From NCBI RefSeq assembly GCF_006345805.1, contig NC_043001.1:126790001-126854000 (forward strand): a DNA stretch of 64,000 bases, written 5' to 3'. A program made the translations under genes and the position numbers. The notes beneath the pieces are model-generated. The model was not told the DNA's origin. It did no database searches and was given only the letters and a program-made list of their open reading frames with translations. This document shows, piece after piece, positions 41,339 to 55,160 of this stretch; within the stretch, counting starts at the first letter, position 1, and every line of letters begins with the position of its first letter. Source of the DNA: Octopus sinensis (Eukaryota).

Positions 41339-42164
41339 AGCCTGGAGTATTTATTAACAGAGAATAATTAATTGGGTTGTAATATTAATTCAACAGTACA
41401 AGCAAAATAAAACAATCTACAAACAGGAAACACTCTCTGTGCAGAAAATGTCCAGTAAAATAAACGAACTCTACAAGTCGGACACCCACAAGAAGAACAC
41501 AACTTGCATTACTCACGCAACATACAATACAAACACTAATACAGCAAAAGACTCAAGCCGAACTCAATGGTAGAACAAACTGATGCAATACAATATCGGG
41601 AGGAGTTTGGTCAAGCAAGGTCAATGTATTATGTAACAAGGTCGATGATCCATGGAAGATAGAAAGTGAAAGTATTGGATGAAATACACAGAAGATACAA
41701 ATAACATGTATGAGATGAATTGTATGAAAACGAGAGATGCTCACAAAAATAATGAATGCACATTTAAGTCTTGATTTAACATTGCCTTTAGGTTAACTGG
41801 AGGAAAGAAAGTTCTTGACAGCTATTGATTTAAACTCAAGAGAATGCTATCAGGCTAGATATAGATATGGATCTGTTTCATCTGTGATATTCGAAAGTGG
41901 TTATCCGCTGTGATAGGTGACAAGTTTAACCGTATAATTCTAGCATTATCATTAAGTTTGCAAAATGTCGTCCAATGTTTTAGTACAGCATCGTTTCAAA
42001 AAGTTATCGCAGTAGTGTGGGCGTTTTGAAGTTTAGCTATTCTAAAGCTATTTGATTAAAATGCACAAGCGTAGGGTTACGGTTGTAACTTTTTCTTTGC
42101 ATAAATAGAGACAATTTTAAATTTGTATACTGAAACAAAAACTAACATCTGTTGAGTATCTTTT

Positions 42165-42416
42165 ATTTTTTATCGTTCATTTGTTTCAGTCGTCTGACAG
42201 CGACCATGCTAGAGCAGCGCAGTGAAGGGTTTTAGTCGAACAAATCGACTTAATTTTTTTTTTAAGCCTAGTACTTAACCCACCAGTTTCTTTTGTCGAA
42301 CCGCTAAGTTACGAAGACTAAATAAAACTACACTGGTTGTCAAGCGGTGGTAGGGGACAAACACAAACACAAAGAAAAACGCGCGCATGCACACACACAC
42401 ACACACATACACACAC

Positions 42417-42467
<51 letters not shown>

Positions 42468-42657
42468 ATACATATGTATGTATATGACGGGTTTGTTGGT
42501 TTCGTTCAGTTTCTATCTACCAAATCCACTAACAAGGCTTTAGTCGGCCTGAGGTTAGAGTAGAAGGCACTTGCTCAAGGTACTGCACAGTGGAACTGAA
42601 CCCAGAACCATTTAGTTGGGAAGCAAGCTTCTTACCACACAGCCACGTCTGCGTCTA
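42165..42657 (-). mobile_element. SINE family 2, full length, diverged
   Basis: Same blocks as 40872-41338. Confidence 0.8.
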
Positions 42658-43314
42658 TATGTAAGAGGAAATATTATTCAATTGTTCATGCATTTACACA
42701 AGAATATTGCCATTAGAATCGAAATTAGTTCATTAACTAGACTCGTTTCAAGCATACTGTAAATTATTCGACTTTTATTACTTCCAACAATGAGTGCACT
42801 AACAAATCTATGTTAAAAGCAGTGTACACATCTGCTACGATATTACTAACTTCATGTAGAAAAATAATTATAAAGTGAGGCAATTTCGGTCAATTCTCAG
42901 CCGAAACGGATGGAATACAGTTGCTTATTTTCAAATTAATAACAGATCGTCTTCACTTACTGAATACGAAAGGTGTCCATGCCTAATACATTCAGCAGTA
43001 GATTGGAAAGAAAGACAAGAAGGCAGTGGCGTTTTAAAATAAAAATGTCTGCAAATAGATAATTTTTCCTTGCCATTTTAATGTTTTTAAAAGTGAAGAT
43101 TTAAAATGCTTAGATATATTTTTCTCTTTCTTTTTATCTGTCTGTTGTTTCTCTGACTCTCTGTCTATCTATTTAAATCTCTGTCTCTATCTATACCCAT
43201 AATTATATATATATATAAGCAATAATAAATCTCTGAACGAGATTTTATATGTATAGATTATATATATAGATAGAGAGAGAGAGAGAGAGAGTGAGAGAAA
43301 AGAGAGAAGAAGAG

Positions 43315-43366
<52 letters not shown>

Positions 43367-43599
43367 CACTCACACACATCGCGGGCACACACACACATAT
43401 ATATAAATTAATTAATATAAGCAGCCATGCGCATTTAGTAGCAGTTATAGTTTTCCTTTACGGTAACACATTGTGCATGGCTGTTTTTATTAATTTTTAT
43501 ATACGCATTAGCGATTCGCTAAATCGTTCATGAATTTTTATGGTGAATACATACACGCTGATAGAGAATTAAGCCCGGTATCAGCCGTGAGAGCGGTCC

Positions 43600-43642
43600 T
43601 TGCTGATGACGCTATGGAAATAGCCGAAACTGATCGGTCAAT
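43600..43642 (+). ncRNA. Hammerhead-like motif, degenerate
   Basis: CTGATGA-c-GCTA-6nt-TAGC-c-GAA-ACTGATCGGT-C; near-palindromic stem III; stem I register is off by one base. Confidence 0.45.
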
Positions 43643-44305
43643 ATAATGAATTCTTGATCGATGTTTTTGGCAATTACAATCCCTGTCAGCATAGGAATGT
43701 AGCCTGTTCTAACACCCATGATCGCATTTAGTGACAATTAATTATATATGTGTATGTGTGTGCGTGTGTGTGTATACACCTATATGTATATGCATATGTA
43801 TAAGTTAAGTTAAGTTAAGTTAAGTTGTATTCATACAGATACGTATTAAAATTGGCATAACGATAGATACAGTCCATCAGACATTTATCAAATAACACTT
43901 GATTGATATCAATAGTTGAAACAACTGCTCCAGTTAAAATAAAGTTATAAACTCTACAGATATATTGTATTGAGTACTAAATATGAAAATAAACAAATTT
44001 GATTGAAACAAATTACAACAGCAATAATATTATAAACACACACACACACACACCACACAGCCACATCACACACGCACACCCACTCAACACGCACACATAC
44101 ACACACATGAACACACATAAATATGCATATATGCTTACACATACAAACACACTCGCATGTACATGTATGTATGAGCATACATCTATAAAATAAATATATG
44201 TATACGAGGGTAGAATGAAAGGTTCATAAGGCTGGCTATGAATGAGTGATGCTAGAACAGTGAAGTCCGACATGTATTAACTTCAGACCTTCGTAGTAAT
44301 AACTG

Positions 44306-44690
44306 TGGAGGCGCAATGGCCCAGTGGTTAGGGCAGCGGACTCGCGGTCATTGGATCGCGGTTTCGATTCCCAGACCGGGCGTTGTGAGGTGTTTATTGA
44401 ACGAAAACACCTAAAGCTCCACGAGGCTCCGCAGGGGATGATAGTGATTCCTGCTGTACTCTTTTCACCACAACTTTCTCTCACTCTTACTTCTGTTTCT
44501 GTTGTACCTGTATTTCAAAGGGCCGGCCTTGTCACTCTCTGTGTCACGCTGAATATCCCCGAGAACTACGTTAAGGGTACACGTGTCTGTGGAGTGCTCA
44601 GCCACTTACACGTTAATTTCACGAGCAGGCTGTTCCGTTGATTCGGATCAACCGGAACCCTCGTCGTCGTAACCGACGGAGTGCAAAAAG
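44306..44690 (+). mobile_element. SINE family 3 with 11-bp TSD
   Basis: TSD agtaataactg at 44295-44305 and 44691-44701; tRNA-like head ggcgcaatggcccagtggttagggc..ggtttcgattccc. Confidence 0.9.
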
Positions 44691-45384
44691 AGTAATAACT
44701 GCATTTTCCTTACAGGTAAACCGAGATGTGACTGTTCGGAGAGGACTTCTAAAGTAACTAGTAGCGACTTCTCTTGAAAACAGAAAAAATTGGCATTGTG
44801 TTGTTATCCAGGACCGCAAGAAAAACCGTTTTACCGCCAACGACATTAAGCAGCTGAATTTCAAATGAGAAGGGAGAGTTTTCTTCAGCCTATGAAGGTT
44901 TCAGCCGGCCCACGTGTGTGCGTATATGTGTGTGTGTGTATGTGTACGTTTGTATGTATTTATGCATGTATGTATATTATATATGGATGTTTATATGTAT
45001 GTATAAGTATATAAGTTGATATCATGCTCTTCATGAACCCCTAATTGAGGAGAAATACATAAAGATGTTCATAATTAATTGAAGCAAAATACCAAAGATT
45101 TATCCAAGTTTCTGTTTGCGGTTCTCAAAAAAATAAAATAAATAAATAAATAAATGATTGAGAGTTGATTTCAAGGAAATATATTAACTTCAAAATTTTA
45201 ATTTGCATGGTTAAGGCTAAGTTTGATACTTGTTTAGAAGCAGATTAATTGCAAGGCTAATATATATGTGTACACACTCTCAACACGTACACACACACAC
45301 TCACACACACAAACACACACTCTCACACACACAAACACACACGCGCGCGCGCATACATACATATGTGTATATACATATATATAT

Positions 45385-45431
<47 letters not shown>

Positions 45432-45484
45432 ATATATAAATATACAACCACACACCCACACATGCATACATATGTGGTGTGTGT

Positions 45485-45538
<54 letters not shown>

Positions 45539-45751
45539 TATATATATATTCAGAGTTAAATGGGTTGTTTTAATTAAGTACGACGTCACTTAGTACGTAA
45601 GGACAGCTTATTGGAATTCATGCAATTTCCCATTCAAATTGGTTTTGTTAGGCCATATTATTACGCTCATCGTATACCCCCGCTTTGGTACACAAACACA
45701 CACAGGTACATATTAGAACATGCAGACACATGCACACGTACACACACACAT

Positions 45752-45784
<33 letters not shown>

Positions 45785-45955
45785 CATACACAAGCATATA
45801 TATATATATATTATGGGAACCGAATAATTGTCACATATTATATTACAGATAAATTCCTCTATTTACATAATATAGACGTCTATTCATTCTTTTATTGTCA
45901 TACCATTACTATTAGCATATATATATATATATATCAGACAGACAGACAGACAGAC

Positions 45956-46068
<113 letters not shown>

Positions 46069-47536
46069 TAAAAAATGTAATTTATATAAATATCAATTTA
46101 TATAAATTATATTTTTTAATCTACACAGATTCCGACATGTACTTTATTACCTTCGGGTTTAGCTGATAACGTAATTGATCAAGAGCATAAATGAAAGAAT
46201 TTTCTATTTATATGGTGGAAAAAATTCTAAACATTGTTGATAATATCTTTTCAAAAAGAAGAAAATATGCTTTCGATTTAGTTTCAATGCTGCTAGACTT
46301 TTTAATGTATACGACGACAAAAAAAAAGTAAAGTAATTGATGTTAGTTCTGTAAAGAAAATATTTTAACCTGATGCACATTCTTCTATCGCGTACTTTCT
46401 ACCTCTAAATTGTTTCACGTTGCTGCGTACCCCATTCCCATATATATGTATACATGCATCAGTGGACTATAGTCTTTACCAATCCCTCTTCCTTTTTAAT
46501 AGATTCCCTTTCATCTTGAATCTCTATTCCACATTATGACTTGTCCTCGACAGTTAAGCTTTGTAAACCGACAGAATGTACCGCTTATTTGTCTTATTCT
46601 ATAATTTTCCCTTTTTCCTTTTCCTTCTCTTCCTTTTCTACACACCACTTTCGACTCGTTTCACTAACATATTTCACGTTAGGCAGCTTACCCATTTACT
46701 CCGTTTAACATCGCCATTAGTAATTTTCACACTTTTCTTCCATTTTCTTTTAATGATGCCTGTGTTTCATCATAAATATAGAGCATACAGCTATTACACT
46801 TACATTTATCACCCAGCAGAGTTTCCAGCTCGAAAAAATTAACACATTATGATATATGATATATTGTTAATATTTTTGATTATTGCTGTGTATAAACTCT
46901 TGCCTCATTGTGCATATCTGTTTGTATATGTATTATAGTATCAACCAGTCACCGCATATTCGAAACAGTTGTAAAGATAGTTCCTCTGCTTGAATTATGA
47001 ATATAAATGAATTACCGCCTTCTATAATTTTTGTTCATTTTTTTCTCTGTTATTCTCCCCAACTACGCTTTTCTTATCGCTAACTTTTGTTCTACTGGAG
47101 TACTTTTCCTTGATTAGGGTTTTGGAATTAAAGCATCTGATTATTCCGAGCATTAAGTTGGAGGTTATCTATTCAACGCTCATAGAACCGTTTCCATACC
47201 CACTATATATCTATATATATGATGGAATCTACCATCGAAGATGGCGTACGAGCATTGAGATTTTGCCGATCGACCTGCACAAAGGATTTGTTTATAGCGA
47301 TCAAATGTATGTGTCGTACCCCCTCCAGCAAATCGACCTTGCCTGAACAGGTGCACGGTGTACCACATGTCGAAGGGATTGCAGAATAATGCTAGTTGAA
47401 GTCTTTTACTCAAGAACACAATGCACCACACGGTCTAGGAATTGAAACCGCTAGGCCATGCGTCTTCACTTTATATACTGATATATATATATATATATAT
47501 ACATACACACACACACATACACTAAATGTGAGTTTG

Positions 47537-47577
<41 letters not shown>

Positions 47578-47715
47578 AATATATATATATATGTCTACTG
47601 GAGTACTTTTCCTTGATTAGGGTTTTGGAATTAAAGCATCTGAATGTGACCGCCTGTGTACCGTTGGCGATTTTTTCCCCCTGTCTTCCCTTCTCTGGAT
47701 CTTTCCTTCTCCTAT

Positions 47716-47750
47716 GTTTCCGACGAAGAGCTCCACTCGAAACGTTAAAC
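47716..47750 (+). ncRNA. Minimal hammerhead-like motif (U4C) in a Penelope-like terminal repeat
   Basis: GTTT-CCGACGA-A-GAG-5nt-CTC-GAA-ACGT-T-AAAC; 4-bp stem I; a 50-bp direct repeat lies nearby (47091-47140 / 47594-47643). Confidence 0.5.
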
Positions 47751-48149
47751 CCTCCTTCTTCCCTTCTTTCCCGAGCGTCCAATAATACTATATTTGTTCC
47801 ACGTCCTCGCGTTGTTGTGCTTTCTTATTTGGATTAACTATATATATATATATACTTCTTTTATTGTTTTACTTCACTTATTTGACTGCGGCCATGTAAT
47901 ATATATATATATACATATGTGTATGTGTGTGTGTGTGTGTGTGTGTTTGTGTCTCTTTGTGTGTAAGTGTGAATTAATTTCTATGTAAATCAGGCGGGTT
48001 AAACTCTTAAGGCTGTTATTTGTATGCTATACTCCTGTACATTGCATATTATTTAGACGTGGACCCTATGGGCAGCTTAACAATCCTTCTATATTAAATA
48101 TATTGGTCAGTGAAACTGGTATTCTACACATTGCTACCGTTATCACCGT

Positions 48150-48189
<40 letters not shown>

Positions 48190-48777
48190 ATACCTGCCTA
48201 CTCACATACATACATACATACATACATACATACTTACATACATACATACTTACATACATACATACATACATACATAAATACTTATATACTCACATCCATC
48301 CATCTATCCATACATACATATCAGTAACATTCTTATCGGTAGAATGGTTGCATACTAATTACAAGAACCGAAGCGCAACGGTGACGGGAAGTGAACTACC
48401 GAAGTGTCGACTAGGAAGTGTCAGATTGTCAACGAATCAACTAGCGAACCGATCAACCAGTCAACCTACGAGCATGGAAAGCCAGCGAGGCAGACTTAAT
48501 TTTCAGTAATTATATTGCCATTAGTATTTTCAATAAGCGGCCAAACAATAATTTTTTATCAGACTAATAAAATATATTTTAAACATTGACTCAATTCAAC
48601 AATAGTATTTTTATATGACGTCGAGGGTTGGGTCGGGTGTTTGTATTTGAATTTAGTAGCTATTGGAGTAGATTGCGTTAGTACGACGTGGGACATAAAT
48701 TATGTATATTTACAAAAATAATAGCCAAAGGAGAAAAAACAACATAACAATTGAATAAATGACATAAACAGACACAC

Positions 48778-48809
<32 letters not shown>

Positions 48810-49094
48810 ATTATGAATAGCCACAAAAATAATATCTGAGCTAAAAAAATAATAATAACTAGAGAATAAACACACATTCATATAGAAATACATACACATA
48901 TATAAACATACGAACTAATACAAGGAATATGAAGATACGATCAAACATAACTATCTGTGTGATATGCCTTAAGCTCAACATTTCAACAACCGACTACACG
49001 TTTTTTACGTCATCACTTCTCTGCCTCTCGTTCCTATCTACTTCTTTATTACAGCCTCTACAATTTTTTACTCTCAATCCCCCTCTCTCTCAAT

Positions 49095-49096
<2 letters not shown>

Positions 49097-49156
<60 letters not shown>

Positions 49157-49169
49157 GTCTGCCTGTCTG

Positions 49170-49244
<75 letters not shown>

Positions 49245-49265
49245 GTCTGTCTGTCTGTCTGCCTG

Positions 49266-49360
<95 letters not shown>

Positions 49361-49373
49361 GTCTGCCTGTCTG

Positions 49374-49417
<44 letters not shown>

Positions 49418-49558
49418 AAATTCTCCCACTCTCACACGATATATATGTATGTGAGTGTGAGTGTGTATGTGTGCGTGTGTGCGTGTGCAGGTGTGCGTGT
49501 GTACACACATACAAATATGCATTAATACACATACATACATACACACAAATATAATATA

Positions 49559-49591
<33 letters not shown>

Positions 49592-49875
49592 TGTATGTAC
49601 GTACGTACGTATGTATGTATGTATGTATGTATGTATGTATGTACGTACGTACGTATGTATGTATGTATGTATGTATGTATGTATGTACGTACGTATGTAT
49701 GTATGTATGTATGCATGCATGTACGTACGTACGTATGTATGTATGTATGTATGCATGTATGTGTGTGTGTATGTATGTACGTACGTATGTATGTATGTAT
49801 GTATGTATGCATGTATGTATGTATGTATGTATGTATGTATGTATGTATGTATGTATGTATGTGCGTGTGTATGTA
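49097..49875. repeat. (TCTA/TCTG)n followed by (ATGT/ACGT)n tetranucleotide arrays
   Basis: Seen directly. Confidence 0.95.
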
Positions 49876-50334
49876 TTCATTCATTCCTTCCATTTATGGA
49901 GTATTTCTTAACGTCTTTTGTCATTTAAATTTCAAAAAGCATTCTGTCATTTCGTCTTTGTTTCAAAAAGATACCTCATGTTGATTTTTGGTCTTAGAAA
50001 TAAAAGAAATCATTAAAGACTACCATTAGATCAAACTTATTGTTATTCTTGCTGGTGTCGCTGCTGTTGTTGTTGATGTTGTTGTTGTTGCTGCTGTTTT
50101 TTGTATATGCATTTTTTTTTTTTTTGTTTGGTCGGTTTTACAGTTCAAGTTGCAATTTTCGATTTGTTGTGTATTCTTGATTGATTTTGCGTGTTTATTT
50201 TGTCTTTCTCTTTGATTCTTTATGATTTTTTTTTTCTTTCTGTGAATGAATTTTTCACTGTTAGCTTTAGCTTAATTGATTCTATTAACGAGATTTCTGT
50301 TAAACTTCATTGTGTGGTTTTTCTTTACAGTTAG

Positions 50335-50338
50335 TTCT

Positions 50339-50386
<48 letters not shown>

Positions 50387-50400
50387 CTTCTTTCTTTTCT

Positions 50401-50435
<35 letters not shown>

Positions 50436-50460
50436 TTCCTCTTCTTTCTTTTCTTCTTCT

Positions 50461-50495
<35 letters not shown>

Positions 50496-50539
50496 TTCCT
50501 CTTCTTTCTTTTCTTCTTCTATTTCTGCTGCTGCTGCTG

Positions 50540-50594
<55 letters not shown>

Positions 50595-50604
50595 CACCAC
50601 CACC

Positions 50605-50653
<49 letters not shown>

Positions 50654-50655
50654 AT
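50335..50655. repeat. Compound triplet array (CTT)n-(CTG)-(CTA)n-(CCA)n-(CTA)n
   Basis: Seen directly. Confidence 0.95.
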
Positions 50656-50979
50656 ACTAATACTTTTACTCTTTTTACTTTTTAATCATAATAAGTAGGA
50701 GTCATAATGAGTAGGAGGATGCACATGTTTACATTTTAGAGAGATCTATATAAGTAAGATATGTGTGTTTGTGCGCGCTCGCGCGCGCGCGTGTGTGTGT
50801 GTGTGTATTTTCTATCGAAGTTCACATGAGATGTGGGCTTTATTCCGTCTAATTATTACCTGTCATTTTATAAAATGAAAGACATTCTTGCTCTGTTAGC
50901 ACCTGTTAAATCTGATGCTAATGCGGACTAGCGAAATTTGAACTAGAATTGACATTGAACGAAAATCACAGAGGTGATA

Positions 50980-51650
50980 TTTAGATATTTATGTAGATCC
51001 TGACGCTGTTAAGTATCGTGTAGTTTTTCAGTGTATAATTGACATAGCTTTTATATTTCGTTTTCATCGTCCTAATATCTTCATGTCGTAGGTGGCGAGC
51101 TGGCAGACTCGTTAGCGCGCCGGTCGAAAAGCTTAGCAGTATTTCGTCTGCCGTTACGTTCTGAGTTCAAATTCCACCGAGGTCGACTTTACCTTTCATC
51201 CTTTCGGGGTCGAAAAATAAAGTACCAGTTACGCACTAGGGTCGATGTAATCGACTTAATCCGTTTGTCTGTCCTTGTTTGTCCCTTCTATGTTTTGCCC
51301 CTTGTGGGCAATAATGAAATATCTTCATGTCGTGCTTCATTTTGTGCTTTTTCAGTTATCACTATCCCCAAATAAAGCAATGTGGTTGGTGCAGCCCTCT
51401 TTATAAACAAAGTCGCTCTGAGCTGTATCTGTGTAAGGATAATTATCAGATGAACTGTTGGGGTTGGTAGAGATAACTTCAACTTCGTACACTAGCGCCT
51501 CAGCTTTACAAGACTCGTTGCGCAGGTATGCATCGGAGTCTTTGTACATACTTCGCGCTTCTGTCGGACTCATTGATTTGTGTATCATAATATTCTTTAT
51601 GTCGGTGTACAACGATAATTTTCTTCAAAACAGCGTTTGTTTAAAATATT
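50980..51650 (-). pseudogene. Second, more degraded Penelope-like GIY-YIG fossil, split by a SINE
   Basis: CKAEALVYEVEV...YTDTAQSDF..KEGCTNH parallels the VY..YIG.T..F..NH pattern; frameshifted. Confidence 0.4.
51090..51317 (+). mobile_element. tRNA-derived SINE family 1, full copy with 16-bp TSD
   Basis: TSD aatatcttcatgtcgt at 51074-51089 and 51318-51333; head ggtggcgagctggcag, box-B-like gagttcaaattcc. Confidence 0.9.
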
Positions 51651-52318
51651 TCTGTAACGGTGATGTGTGGAGAAATTTTTATGTTACTGCTTAGAAATAT
51701 TGACAATGTTAGTCAATGCGTTTCAGAATGATACTGTGGCGCATGTTCTTAGTTCGATGTGATAGTAGCAAGATATACAATACTATTTTGTTTCTGAAGT
51801 TGCTGCTCCTTATAGCTATGTATATTAACATCAGATCGTAAATATATGTTTCAGAAAGGATGCTTTACTTCGTGGCTACTAGCTAAGTGTGAAATATTTT
51901 ACGTAGAGTATTCATGAAAAGATGATTTTATACATTAAAAGTCTAGAGAATGATTGTATACATTAAAAAGTCTAGAGAGTGACAATGTGTAGCAGCATTG
52001 AAACTATATCGAAAGTATATTTTCTTCTTTCTTGAAAAGGAATTATCAGCAATGTTTAGAATTTTTTCCTCCTATATCGAAACATTTTGCCTCCTAAAGT
52101 GTTGTACGTAGCACTAAATGTAGAGTGACAATGGAGCGAATCATTAGCTATTAACGAATAGCTAAACTCTATATATTTCGAATAATTCAATCCTCTACTT
52201 TCTTATGCATTCAAGCACATAGGTGTCAATGAGGCTAGCCCTTATCCAGATTTGTAAGGCGCAGAAGGGTCTGAGAATGCATGGTCTCATCGGAGCCTTT
52301 AGCGGAACCCTTGCTTAC

Positions 52319-52432
52319 CACTGGTACACAATTTTCTGGTGCGACATGAAATGAAGTGCCCTACTAAAAGATACCACGAACCACCCGGTCCAGTATTGGA
52401 ACAGACCACATAACTGCCGTAATTCCAATTAT
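52319..52432 (-). other. Candidate internal exon (5'UTR exon of the neuropeptide gene, or exon of another gene)
   Basis: Acceptor ttatttctcag|, donor G|GTAAGC; 114 nt; one open frame (DNWNYGSYVVCSNTGPGGSWYLLVGHFISCRTRKLCTS) with no recognised homology. Confidence 0.3.
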
Positions 52433-52818
52433 CTGAGAAATAAACCAGACGCTTTGTCCTATACATAGATACATACACATACATAATTTACATAATAATT
52501 GATTTCGTGAGCATATACGCACTCTCACCTGAAACACAAATCACTCGTCTTTCATTTTGCGTTTAGCTTTCGCCATTACATATACAAATTGACAGACGCA
52601 AATCTGAACAAATATGTACCTCATACACACAAAAATACAAATACTGACATAAACAACTAAACAAACAGAAAATTATATACTGGCATGCACACAGAGAACT
52701 ATAATTTAATATAATATAATGTAATATTGTTATACACAGTTTTATGGACACGTACATAACCACATAGATATATATAATATATATTCACATTCGGAACTAA
52801 ACATTCACAAGCATATAG

Positions 52819-52850
<32 letters not shown>

Positions 52851-53153
52851 CACACAAACACACACGTACATATATTTATGTTTGTGATAAACATGTGCGC
52901 GCCCGCGTATATACCTATATCTATTCATATCGGGAATGTAACAGACTCACGCATACAGGGATAATTGCTTATATATATATATATATATATATGTATCTGC
53001 TTAAATGATTTACACTATGAAAATAATCACATCGTGCGTGGGCATACACGCACACACAAACGCATGATATAAAATACATATATACACTCATCTACATACG
53101 CATATCATACGTATATACATGTATATATTCATATCTATGTCTGTATCCATCTA

Positions 53154-53217
<64 letters not shown>

Positions 53218-53823
53218 AGCAATATAATGAGTCACTGAGTCCTAGATCGATGGTAGAAGAAAAGAGAGATGCTACATCAATATCACACAAAATAAGTATT
53301 ATATTAATGATAACTATCAATTATCAAGCCGACAATATCGTAATGAAAGGGAAAATAAAGCTGTTTTAGATTAGGGCTGCATTTTAATTTAAGAACAGCT
53401 AATAAATGTTTACTGTTGAACTATTATCGTGCGAGAACTGTATGTATATATTGCGTTAATGTAACATCTGATTGCACTTTATTGTCGCCATTTTGATATT
53501 TTCCTTATTCTCATTGGTGGATAAGTGGAACAGATGGAGTGCTTGCTGAAAGGTCTTTTCGTACTTAATTAACTACGCTTACGATCTAAGTTCGAACAAT
53601 CTCGATAAACTTTACCTTTCATTCTTCTGTAGCTCGTAAAATAAAATAAAATAAAGTCGATATCATCGTCTATAAACCTATTCCTCATAACGGAATTCGC
53701 ATATGTATATATATATATATATAATATTATATAATATATATATATATTTATATATTATAAATATATAAAATATAATACCTATATTCATATATATATATAT
53801 ATATATATAATATATATATATAA

Positions 53824-55041
53824 TATTAAGGTATGTAGAAAAATACAACATGGACAAGAACGTATAACTCTTAGAAGACGATACAATAAACACGGACAGG
53901 ACATTCGAACCCTCAGTCTTCAGTCAAGAACCGGATCATCGTAGTAATTTCGGCTGATTAATCTTGAGATTACTAGATCACGGCCAGCCCTCCAAGAAAA
54001 ACTAAGCAACGAGCATTAGAAAAACTAAGCTGGGAGCGTAGATTTCCTGGAAGGGCCGAATGCATACGGACACCAGGACAGCAAAAGGGACGAATATAAA
54101 AAAACAAAAAAATAATGGAATACAGAAGCATTAACGGTGAAAACAACAACAAGTGTCTTACGACTGATAACAAGCAAACAATTTTTTTTTTTTTTTTTTT
54201 TTTTTTTTCTGGCGCAAGGAAAGGAGCCTTATCGGCGATGCCTATAGCGGCGGACGAAAAACAACGATGTTAACACGACGCTGGTCAGAAGCTGAAAGGC
54301 AGATTCGGCCAGCAGTCACGTGACAGAGAAGAGAGAAAAGAAAGAAAGAGAAGCAACGGAAGAGAGAGAGAGAGGAGAGAGAGAGAGGAGGGACAAACGC
54401 GACAAAGAGCGAGAAGAGAGAGAAAGAAGGAATCAGAGAGGAGAAGGGATGGGTGTCGAAGAGCGACCTGTGAGTGCAGAGCGAGACAAAGAAATAGGAG
54501 GGTAGTGGAAGATTAGACCAAAGAATCAGAGGAAAGAGAAGAGAAAAAGAGGATGAGTAGAGAGAGAAGGGGACAGATCAAGTAAAAGTGAGAGGAGAGA
54601 GGAGACAAACAAAGAGTCGTACCAGTTATTAAGAATATGTGCTCACATTAATGTTAGAGGGTACGTGGCGCCTGGAATATATGTTAAGGTATGTAGAAAA
54701 ATACAACATGGACAAGAACGTATAACTCTTAGAAGACGATACAATAAACACGGACAGGACATTCGAACCCTCAGTCTTCAGTCAAGAACCGGATCATCGT
54801 AGTAATTTCGGCTGATTAATCTTGAGATTACTAGATCACGGCCAGCCCTCCAAGAAAAACTAAGCAACGAGCATTAGAAAAACTAAGCTGGGAGCGTAGA
54901 TTTCCTGGAAGAAGGATCGAATGCATACGGACACCAGGACAGCAAAAGGGACGAATATAAAAAAACAAAAAAATAATGGAATACAGAAGCATTAACGGTG
55001 AAAACAACAACAAGTGTCTTACGACTGATAACAAGCAAACA
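53824..55041. mobile_element. LTR-like non-autonomous element (TRIM-like): 357 and 360-bp direct repeats around a 500-bp non-coding core
   Basis: 53824-54180 is nearly identical to 54682-55041; termini TG(TA)TT...AACA; poly-T then tggcgc follows repeat 1; no TSD seen. Confidence 0.65.
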
Positions 55042-55047
55042 AATTTT

Positions 55048-55103
<56 letters not shown>

Positions 55104-55105
55104 TG

Positions 55106-55160
<55 letters not shown>

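Noticed and set aside
44306-44385. tRNA gene
   Set aside because: It is the tRNA-like head of a SINE with body, tail and TSD.
51352-51612. Host protein-coding exon
   Set aside because: No convincing splice sites; better explained as a decayed Penelope GIY-YIG region.
53895-53990. Hammerhead or HDV-like ribozyme in the LTR-like repeat (CTGAAGA..CGAAT)
   Set aside because: Lacks A15.1 and stem I; the P3/L3 and J4/2 elements of HDV cannot be placed. Kept only as an unassigned pseudoknot-like fold.
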